Source: Macrostomum lignano
Taxonomy: Eukaryota
DNA: 64,000 bases
Assembly: GCA_002269645.1 (NCBI GenBank)
Contig: NIVC01000067.1
Location: 496,001 to 560,000, forward strand
Reading direction: 5' to 3'
The notes under the pieces were generated by a model that was not told where the DNA came from, did no database searches, and saw only the letters and a list, made by a program, of their open reading frames with translations. A program made the translations under genes and the position numbers. Of the stretch, positions 41,201-51,701 are shown piece by piece; position 1 is the stretch's first letter, and every line of letters starts with the position of its first letter.

Positions 41201-44200
41201 TAAAAAGCAGCGCAATTGTGAGAGAGGAATTTTCAGGAAAGAATCGCGAGGGACGAATTGTCAGAGAGGAATTGTCAGAGAGTAATTGTCAGATAGGAAT
41301 TGTCAGGGAGAATTTGTCAGAGAGTTTCATGCAATGTTCAACTGTGAAGCAGCTGGTCACACCGACAAACTTTGGTCAGACTTGGAATCGGTCAGGTCGA
41401 ACCCGCCGCACCTGATCATCGGCGGCTACAATGGCACAGTGTCAGCCATTGCCAGCGAGCTGGGCATTCCGTACTATTGCACCAGCCCGAGCCATCAGAG
41501 CCCGCTGCTGATGGACGCAACCTACCTGAATGCCAGCTCGCTGCTGCTCATGAACTCTTACATGGAAGACATGATTGCGGCGGCCCAGCAGCTCACTAAC
41601 TCCATCATTCAGCGGCAGGCTTTGATTGTGGTTACCGATGACATCAGTGACAGTGAGTGATAAGTGTTTAACAATCATGAGTGAGAGTGCTCTGGGTGAC
41701 AGTGTCCTGAGTGACAGTGTCCTGAGTGACAGTGTCCTGAGTGATAGTGTCCTGAGTGACAGTGTCCTGAGTGACAGTGTCCTGAGTGATAGTGTCCTGA
41801 GTGACAGTGTCCTGAGTGACAGTGTCCTGAGTGACAGTGTCCTGAGTGACAGTGTCCTGAGTGACAGTGTCCTGAGTGACAGTGTCCTGAGTGACAGTGT
41901 CCTGAGTGACAGTGTCCTGAGTGACAGTGTCCTGAGTGACAGTGTCCTGAGTGACAGTGTCCTGAGTGACAGTGTTCTGAGTGACAGTGTTCTGAGTGAC
42001 AGTGTCCTGAGTGACAGTGTCCTGAGTGACAGTGTTCTGAGTGACAGTGTCCTGAGTGACAGTGTTCTGAGTGACAGTGTTCTGAGTGACAGTGTCCTGA
42101 GTGACAGTGTCCTGAGTGACAGTGTCCTGAGTGACAGTGTCCTGAGTGACAGTGTTCTGAGTGACAGTGTCCTGAGTGACAGTGTTCTGAGTGACAGTGT
42201 CCTGAGTGACAGTGTTCTGAGTGATAGTGTCCTGTGTGAGTGTGGTGATTATGCATAACTATTCAGAGTTTATGATTAATTATGCCAATTCGCAATGGTT
42301 CCAGGCGTGAACTTCCTGCTGAACTCGCTGTCCGACCAGGCCCTGCACATGGTACTTCTGAACGGTTCTATTCGCGATTCGCTGTACAATGCCAGTCTTA
42401 AATTCAACATTAGCTCGGCAGTGTTCCAGACAATGTTCACGTCCGACCTCATGCTCGAGGCCCTACTGCCTGAAGTGAGCGGCACTCTGGTTACAATACG
42501 GGGGTGTTGAATAGCAAAGAATACTCGTAACAATACGTATCGTTAGTGAATCAAATTATTAAATAATAACTAGTCACAATCACACACCACTTCTTCAGGC
42601 TGCCCGGCTGAGTCTAATGAAAAATGTATCGTTCTGGATCATCACAGACTTGGTGAGTGACTATGAGATGTGCTCAGTCTCTAACCCAAGCCCCCGTCTT
42701 AAATAGAAAGTAATTCCTCTGTCTTAAGTCATGACAATGACCTTCATTGTGTTGCTGTGTTCGGTTGTCGCGGAAAAAGCAATCAAATTACAAATTCCAC
42801 TCCGCTCCCGCAGTTTCCCAACAGCAGTCAGCTGCTGGCGTACCGCAGAACGGGCTGCACAATGTTCTCCTTTGCGCTGCAGTCTGCAGCGTCCAATGTG
42901 ACGAGTCCTGATGCCCTGACGCTGGCGATGGCGCAGGACGCAATTAATCACTACCTGAAGGTGGTCGATGGTGGCCGTTTGTCATTCGATCTGTCGAGAG
43001 CGCTATTGGTAAACAAATAACTGTACAATCTCTGAATTCCTGTTTATTTAATTGGTTCCAACGCTTGTAAACGCATAAAAGCAATAAATATCCAACTCAG
43101 ACGAGCTACAATGGAATACTGGGCCAACTGCACTTTAGTTCCGGCACCAGACGGAATTTGTACAGCCAGCTCAATACAATGATGACGTCATACAGGCTTC
43201 CCTACTTGGAAGAGGTGATGCATGAGGCTTGTGTTGTAAATTTGCGATTCTGGCTTCTGATCTTTAGCTCCTCCGCTGGTTTCACAACCAAGCCACCAGA
43301 TACCCAACCAAGCCACCAGATCCCCAACCCAGCCACCAGATCCCCAACCAAGCCACCAGATCCCCAACCAAGCCACCAGATCCCCAACCAAGCCACCAGA
43401 TCCCCAACCAAGCCACCAGATCCCCAACCCAGCCACCAGATCCCCAACCAAGCCACCAGATCCCCAACCAAGCCACCAGATCCCCAACCAAGCCACCAGA
43501 TCCCCAACCCAGCCACCAGATCCCCAACCAAGCCACCAGATCCCCAACCAAGCCACCAGATCCCCAACCCAGCCACCAGATCCCCAACCCAGCCACCAGA
43601 TCCCCAACCAAGCCACCAGATCCCCAACCCAGCCACCAGATCCCCAACCCAGCCACCAGATCCCCAACCAAGCCACCAGATCCCCAACCAAGCCACCAGA
43701 TCCCCAACCAAGCCACCAGATCCCCAACCAAGCCACCAGATCCCCAACCAAGCCACCAGATCCCCAACCAAGCCACCAGATCCCCAACCAAGCCACCAGA
43801 TCCCCAACCCAGCCACCAGATCCCCAACCAAGCCACCAGATCCCCAACCAAGCCACCAGATCCCCAACCAAGCCACCAGATCCCCAACCCAGCCACCAGA
43901 TCCCCAACCAAGCCACCAGATCCCCAACCAAGCCACCAGATCCCCAACCAAGCCACCAGATCCCCAACCAAGCCACCAGATCCCCAACCAAGCCACCAGA
44001 TCCCCAACCAAGCCACCAGATCCCCAACCCAGCCACCAGATCCCCAACCAAGCCACCAGATCCCCAACCAAGCCACCAGATCCCCAACCAAGCCACCAGA
44101 TCCCCAACCCAGCCACCAGATCCCCAACCAAGCCACCAGATCCCCAACCAAGCCACCAGATCCCCAACCCAGCCACCAGATCCCCAACCCAGCCACCAGA

Positions 44201-47200
44201 TCCCCAACCAAGCCACCAGATCCCCAACCCAGCCACCAGATCCCAGACCGATTAAAGCAGACTCAACTCGTCTCAATAAAATCGCAGTTCGGGGTCTGGG
44301 CCAAGAACAACTCTGGCGGCATCGCTTTGATCCGAGGCGGCCTCAGAAGCAAGCTCCCAATTTTGCGCGTGCTCACCTTTATGGTAAGTGGACTCTTGAG
44401 AATACATCTGCAGCTTTTACTCTCCAGCTATCATGCTAAATAATTATTGAAATTAAAAAAATAATAAAATGTGCATACGAGCGTAGATAAGATAAGAGTC
44501 GATCTACCATGGATACGAGTCGATCTACCATAGATACGAGTCGTTCTACCATAGATATGAGTCGATCTACCATAGGTACGAGTCGTTCTACCATAGATAT
44601 GAGTCGATCTACCATAGGTACGAGTCGTTCTACCATAGGCACGAGTCGTTCTACCATAGATATGAGTCGATCTACCATAGATATGAGTCGATCTACCATA
44701 GATATGAGTCATTCTACCATAGATACGAGTCGTTTTACCATAGATACGAGTCGATCTACCATAGATATGAGTCGATCTACCATAGATATGAGTCGATCTA
44801 CCATAGATATGAGTCATTCTACCATAGATACGAGTCGTTTTACCATAGATACGAGTCGATCTACCATAGATACGAGTCGATCTACCATAGATACGAGTCG
44901 ATCTACCATAGATACGAGTCGTTCTACCATAGATAAGAGTTCTGAAATAGTTTTGATATAAATCAATTACTTAATATTAATGATTGATCTCTCTGCCTGA
45001 ATGCCCGATAATTTTACAGCGTCAGCCATTCACGATGGCCTCGCCAACTGAGTACTACGGCTTCAGCATCAGCGTGCTGAATCATCTGAGCGCCGGCCTA
45101 TTCGAGTGGGACGTGGTGCCTGTGGCTGAAAATGGCGACCTGCTGCCGCTGCTGCGCCAAGGGGTCAGTGATGGGATTTGAATAGCCAGTCTAAACGATA
45201 TTCCAATCCTACCGGATAATCTATTGATGACATCCATGATTATCCCTCAATTATCCACAATAATCTATTAATAACCCATCGAGAATCCTTCGATAATCCA
45301 TTGATAACCTTCGATAATCCCTTGATAATCTTGATAATACCATGATAATCCTTCGATAATTACTTGATAATACTGATAATCCCTTAATAACCCATTGATA
45401 ATCCACTGATAATCCATTGATGATCCCTCGATAATCCTGTTCCAGGCTGGCGATCTGATAGCCAACCCCATGCAGATGCCGTTAGACAACAGCAAGAACG
45501 ACTCAAACGTTAGCTACTCCTCCTGGCCGCTGATGTACACCAGCGTGTCGGCCATGGGCTACGCGGAGAGTCCCAAGCTGAGCTTCCTCAGTCCGCTGTT
45601 CCCGTTCTCCTGGAACGTCTGGCTCGCCGTAGTCGTGGCTTTCGTGATCCTGTCAGCGACTCTCTACTCCATAGACAAGATAAGCCCGAATGATTACAGG
45701 CGACCGAAGTTCAGCATCTCGGAGTCCGTGTTCTTCGTCTATTCATCCTTCATGATGTCCAAGCTGAGCGCCAAGGCTATCAAACCGTCGTCAAGGATAT
45801 TCATCTTAATCCTGTGGTTCGCCTCGCTGATGTACTGCACCACTTACGGCACCAACGCCTTCTTCCTGCTGATCCGCAGCAACCGAGCTTTGCCGTTCAC
45901 CTCGCTGGACGGGCTGTACAACCAGAGCGGCAGGTACTACCGGGTCCTGGTCGAGAACAGCACCAGCTCCGGGATCCTGGCCGCTCAGCCTGAAGGATCT
46001 GTCTACAGGAAGCTGGCCACCGCCGATCTGTGGGTCGAGTCGGAGGAGGCGGCCCTGGCGCTAATAAAGAACCAGACGGCTCTGCCAGATGGTCGGCAGC
46101 CAGTTTACGTCGGCGACGGCGCCGCAATCAGCTACGCGGTGGCGAAGTCCTGCGACCTGATGATGGCCGGCAGCAATGAGCTGTACAGGCCGTTGTTCCT
46201 GGCGATGCGGGCAGGGCTGGACCCGCAGCTCCGGCGGACCATCAACGACAGGATTCAGAGCATGTCTGACCGGGGTCTGCTGGACCAGTACAAGGACACG
46301 TGAGCTGCCCAGTTATTTTGCAGGGGCTTTGGTACTGCCGCTAATCTCAGTCGACAGCCAGTCCCAGGCCCACTCCGCTGACTCGGATTCGTACGCAGGC
46401 ACGCGCTCACACAGGGTGTACAGCGGCCCTGACTTTCTCATTGTCAGGCATGTACACTCTCTGCGCTGCAGGGGGCTCCGGGCATCCCGACACAGCGGGG
46501 AGGCGTCGCCGCCCATTTCTTAAACACCTGGCGAACACGGCAGCCGGTGCTGCGGTGTCGCGCAGGGAGATCCGGTGGTGCAGGTGTCCGCAGTGCGGTC
46601 CTCCTCCGGAGAGTCCATTAGAAGGACTCTGCCCCCTATAGAGATAAGCACCTGGGATTCCATGAGCTGATCACCTGGGATTCCATGAGCTGATCACCTG
46701 GTATTCCATGAGCTCATCACCTGGGATTACATGAGCTCATCACCTGGGATTACATGAGCTCATCACCTGGGATTCCATGAGCTCATCACCTGGGATTCTA
46801 TGAGCTTATCACCTGGGATTCCATGAGCTGATCATCTGGGATTCCATGAGCTGATCATCTGGGATTCCATGAGCTGATCACCTGGGATTCCATGAGCTCA
46901 TCACCTGTGATCCCATGAGCTCATCACCTGGGATTCTATGAGCTGATCACCTGGGATTCCATGAGCTGATCACCTGGGATTACATGAGCTCATCACCTGG
47001 GATTCCATGAGCTCATCACCTGGGATTCCATGAGCTGATCACCTGAGATTCTATGAGCTCATCACCTGGGATACCATGAGCTCATCACCTGGGATAACAT
47101 GAGCTCATCACCTGGGATAACATGAGCTCATCACCTGGGATAACATGAGCTCATCACCTGGGATTCTATGAGCTGATCACCTGGGATTCCATGAGCTGAT

Positions 47201-48376
47201 CACCTGGGATTACATGAGCTCATCACCTGGGATTCCATGAGCTCATCACCTGGGATTCCATGAGCTGATCACCTGAGATTCTATGAGCTCATCACCTGGG
47301 ATACCATGAGCTCATCACCTGGGATAACATGAGCTCATCACCTGGGATAACATGAGCTCATCACCTGGGATAACATGAGCTCATCACCTGGGATACCATG
47401 AGCTCATCACCTGGGATACCATGAGCTCATCACCTGGGATAACATGAGCTCATCACCTGGGATAACATGAGCTCATCACCTGGGATTCCATGAGCTCATC
47501 ACCTGGGATACCATGAGCTCAGCACTTGGGATTCCATGAACTCATCACCTGGGATTCCATGAGCTCAGCACTTGGGATTCCATGAGCTGATCACCTGGGA
47601 TACCATGAGCTCAGCACTTGGGATTCCATGAACTCATCACCTGAGATTCTATGCAATGGGCGCATTGATATTAAATAATATCTTTCATTCAATTCAAATG
47701 CAACCCTCCCAACCCGACTCAGTTACTGGTCGGAGATAAAATGCTCATCAAACGACTATCTGATCAACGCGAAGGAGCTGAACTCAATCCATATCGAGCA
47801 GGTGTCCGGCATTTTCATAGTGCTGGCCTGCGCACTGGGCCTGTCCTTCATTGTGCTGCTGCTTGAGCACGCGTTCTACCAGCTGCAGCTGTACTGGCAT
47901 CGAATGGCAAGTTCTAGTGTGAAATATGGAATTTTGAGTAGTCAGTTTTTTTAGTGGATGAATTAAAGTACCTTTAACATGTAGCGCATAGAAACGATGG
48001 GTGCGGTGTGTGCCTTTCTGTTAGTCTGAGCATTCACTGCTGGCTAAATGGTAATCGCTATAATTCAGGTATGCACAATGGGATTTGATGATGCGTGGAA
48101 AAATTCTATATCTTTGCTGTATTGACTAAGATTGCAGATTAGGGATTCGAGTCCAGGACCTTAAATACAAGCTGTGGGAGCTTTGGCTACATACATGATA
48201 GCTCACTGAGACTCGCCAACCACCTGTGCTCATTCCAGAAGGTTAACTCTCGCCTTGAGTTCATGAAGCCATATCAGGCCGAGGTCACAAACGTGACGCC
48301 CAGCGGCATCAGGGTGCGAGTGCAGGGCTGGGTGGAATTCCTGCCCAACCAAATGCTGTCGCCGGACCCCACCAAG
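38297..48376 (+). CDS. Divergent ionotropic glutamate receptor / IR-like ligand-gated channel with amino-terminal domain
   Basis: Exons 38297-38396 (signal peptide, TIKIG), 39220-39353, ~41325-41652, 42305-42474, 42599-42652, 42814-43008, 43101-43214, 44288-44383, 45020-45163, 45446-46299 (S1 end, M1-M3, S2), 47723-47906 (M4), 48239-~48376. Phases compatible. 3' end unresolved. Confidence 0.88.
39415..41205. repeat. 20-bp minisatellite (ARAAACACAGGGGTGTCACT), ~88 copies, intronic
   Basis: Direct; seed-like AAAACACAGGAGTGTCAC at the left edge. Confidence 0.97.
41680..42238. repeat. 15-bp minisatellite (GAGTGACAGTGTYCT), intronic
   Basis: Direct; resembles the upstream exon/intron junction CAGTGACA|GTGAGT. 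Confidence 0.97.
43288..44245. repeat. 20-bp minisatellite (CCCAACCMAGCCACCAGATC), intronic
   Basis: Direct, ~48 copies. Confidence 0.98.
44495..44935. repeat. 21-bp minisatellite (GATAYGAGTCGATCTACCATA), intronic
   Basis: Direct. Confidence 0.96.
45195..45438. repeat. Degenerate GATAATCC-based repeat, intronic
   Basis: Recurrent GATAATC(C) motif at ~11-13 bp spacing. Confidence 0.8.
46365..46480 (-). mobile_element. SINE family A core fragment
   Basis: Plus strand CACAGGGTGTACAGCGGCCCTGACTTTCTCATTGTCAGGCATGTACACTCTCTG. Related fragments at ~857-930, ~14240-14300 (+) and ~57435-57480. Confidence 0.75.
46645..47652. repeat. 23-bp minisatellite (CACCTGGGATTCCATGAGCTSAT), intronic
   Basis: Direct. 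Confidence 0.97.
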
Positions 48377-48417
48377 GTTGGTGCGACTGCGCTGATTCAT
48401 GCTTTGAGAACGAAGTG

Positions 48418-48738
48418 GCTGGGATCACGGAAGCTGGCCCAGTAACTGGGGATCTGGGAGGCTGGCCCAGCAAATGAGGATCTGGGAGGCTGGCCCAGCA
48501 ACTGAGGATCTGGGAGGGGGGCTGGCCCAGCAACTGAGGATCTGGGAGGCTGGCCCAGCAACTGAGGATCTGGGAGGCTGGCCAGCAACTGAGGATCTGG
48601 GAGGCTGGCCCAGCAACTGAGGATCTGAGAGGCTGGCCCAGAAAATGAGGATCTGGGAGGCTGGCCCAGCAAATGAGGATCTGGGAGGCTAGCCCAGCAA
48701 CTGAGGATCTGGGAGGCTGGCCCAGCAACTGAGGGTCT
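48418..48738. repeat. 28-bp minisatellite (AACTGAGGATCTGGGAGGCTGGCCCAGC)
   Basis: Direct; same unit as 51985-52590. Confidence 0.95.
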
Positions 48739-48967
48739 GAAAGGGGGTGGTAGGTGTATCTGGCTCTCAGATAAAATCGAAATTCCCGAAATTGTCTGTA
48801 AATCAGCTTCGAAAAAATTGAAAAAAAAGTTTCTTGCAAATCGCATTTTCAAAAATTATGTTTTTAATTATGCTGGTTGTCAAAGAAGCGTGTAGAATTC
48901 TGTTTGCTAGTTTGAATAATCCTTCTTAACTTACATTATGTAGGTTATACAAAAGTGTTCGCGCCAT

Positions 48968-49360
48968 CGCAGAGTGCAGAGTACAGAGTGCAGAGTGGAA
49001 AGTGCAGAGTGGAGAGAGCAGAGAGCAGAGAGCAGAGTGCAGAGTGCAGAGTGCAGAGTGCAGGAGTGCAGAGTGCAGAGTGGAGAGAGCAGAGTGCAGA
49101 GTACAGAGTGCAGAGTGGAGAGAGCAGAGTGCAGAGTGCAGAGTGCAGAGTGGAGAGAGCAGAGAGCAGAGTGCAGAGTAAAGAGTACAGAGAGCAGAGT
49201 GCAGAGTGCAGAGCGCAGAGTGCAGAGTGCAGAGTGCAGAGTGCAGAGTGTAGAGTGCAGAGTGCAGAGCGCAGAGTGCAGAGTGCAGAGTGGAGAGAGC
49301 AGAGAGCAGAGTGCAGAGCGCAGAGTGCAGAGTGCAGAGTGGAGATAGCAGAGTACAGAG
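48968..49360. repeat. (GCAGAGT)n 7-bp repeat
   Basis: Direct. Confidence 0.95.
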
Positions 49361-50197
49361 TCATTATTGCCTGTTCCGCGCCAGCGCAAGATTTCAGAAG
49401 CCGGATTTCACAGGGGAGCAAAAAACTTCAAACGGACGCAGCCACTGACAAAGTAAGGATTCTGTAAATCCAGTAAAAATGCCGCGTCATCGAACCCCCC
49501 CTCCCCAATGGATTTCATGATCCATCAAACGCAGCCGAAATCCTAGGGGGGGGGGGCAACCCGAGTCTGGCTTCTTGCAATTCGATGTTATGCCGTCGAT
49601 CGCTCTTCATCATTTTGCTGTTTACACAATCAAACGACCGCAGCTTCCTCCCTCCGCATCGCCCCCCCCCCTCCGCAGAAAATGACGGCCGCCGATTTGG
49701 AGATTCGCATCGGCGACTCGGTTGAGGTTGTTTACCTTGGCAACGATCCAAAAACTGGAGAGCGATTGTTCAGACGGAACGCCGAGTCGGTTGAAGTTGG
49801 CAAAATTGGCATCTGAGAATTTCGGTGCAAATGATTGATGAAAATTGGCGAACCCTGGTTGATCGATTGAACACTTACTTTTTTAGCGACTCTACCGACA
49901 TTGTCGCGAAGCTTTGCTACTTGCGTTCGTTTTCTCCTGTTCATTTCTTAGAATACAGGATCCATTTTCTTCGTGTATTTTTACCATTTATCCAAAGCGA
50001 ACCGATGTGACTTGTGCAGTATCTGAGCACAGTTTCATGTCGAGTGTTTCTTGGTGGTCAAGAGAAGCTCAAACCTAAATATAGCGACTTGCTTAGTATC
50101 ACAGACTCATTGAAGCACTTAGAATTACCTAGTGGGCTTCGATGGAGCGTGGATTCTGTGCCCAAAGATTCAACTGTCCTTCATGAAGCGGGTCTGT

Positions 50198-50875
50198 GAT
50201 TCAGATTCTCATGGTTCAGATTCTCATGGTTCAGATTCTCATGGTTCAGATTCTCATGGTTCAGATTCTCATGGTTCAGATTCTCATGGTTCAGATTCTC
50301 ATGGTTCAGATTCTCATGGTTCAGATTCTCATGGTTCAGATTCTCATGGTTCAGATTCTCATGGTTCAGATTCTCATGGTTCAGATTCTCATGGTTCAGA
50401 TTCTCATGGTTAAGATTCTCATGGTTCAGATTCTCATGGTTCAGATTCTCATGGTTCAGATTCTCATGGTTCAGATTCTCATGGTTCAGATTCTCATGGT
50501 TCAGATTCTCATGGTTCAGATTCTCATGGTTCAGATTCTCATGGTTCAGATTCTCATGGTTCAGATTCTCATGGTTCAGATTCTCATGGTTCAGATTCTC
50601 ATGGTTCAGATTCTCATGGTTCAGATTCTCATGGTTCAGATTCTCATGGTTCAGATTCTCATGGTTCAGATTCTCATGGTTCAGATTCTCATGGTTCAGA
50701 TTCTCATGGTTCAGATTCTCATGGTTCAGATTAAGAATGTTGCAATTGAGACTGTTGTAATTGAGACTGTTGCAATTCAGACTGTTGCAATTCAGACTGT
50801 TGCAATTCAGACTGTTGCAATTGAGACTGTTGCAATTCAGACTGTTGCAATTGAGACTGTTGCAATTCAGACTGG
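50198..50875. repeat. Two abutting 15-bp arrays: (TTCAGATTCTCATGG)n then (CAGACTGTTGCAATT)n
   Basis: Direct; unit switches at ~50735. Confidence 0.96.
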
Positions 50876-51701
50876 TGGGTTCGCCTTTCTAAGTTTTCAT
50901 TCACAGTTTTTGTTTTTCAGACGCTCACCAGGCCTCTGCTTTCCAAGCAATTGCTTCTTTATTTCCTGAACTAAAAGCCTGTTTTCTGCCGAGCCACTCT
51001 CACGACTGCTAGCGAGGCGCACGCGACCCGCTATTAAGCCGAACCTGGCCGCAGAAATAACATTCCGGAGCGGCATTGGGTCTGCCAGTTGGCTCCTGGG
51101 CAGCAGCTGCAGTTGCAGCCAGGCAGTTCAAGCAGGTCAAAGCAACAGCCAGCGAATGAGGGCAATTGCACAGCCTGGCTACATGGACTCTGCTGCTGCT
51201 GCTGCTGCTGATGTTGCTGCGACTTTGCATTAATGAAAGCAAAAGTAAGAGAGGAGACAGGCAGAAATGCAGAAGCAGCTGTTAGTGCCTAGGCGCCATA
51301 GCTATCCACCTATATCAACCGCATTCTATACACTTTACTAACGTAAAAACTTGATCTTGACCTTGATTGGCAGACAGATAGAAACTGCCATCACTTATCG
51401 CATCACTTGTCATATAGCTTAAATTTGGGCGCTAATACTAGATAGAATCAGATACTGTCGCGAGCTACCAACAAGCAAGTGGGCAGGGGGGGTTAGCTAT
51501 AGTGAGAGAGACCATCTGGCATCTGATTGGCCAGCCGCTGCCACCACTCTGTAAGCAAAGCGGAATCCGTACCGCACTGCGCGGGCGCCATTAAAAAAGG
51601 AAAGAAATCCGAGGGGTCCGCGGCGACGGCGGCAAGTTCTTGACGAGACTGGCCTGACTACCGCGACTCCTCCACGACTCTGACAGAACTGGCAGCGGGG
51701 C

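Noticed and set aside
48418-48738. CTGAGGA-hairpin-CAA repeat unit as a tandem hammerhead
   Set aside because: GAAA is present in only one unit, and there is no stem I/III or NUH site.
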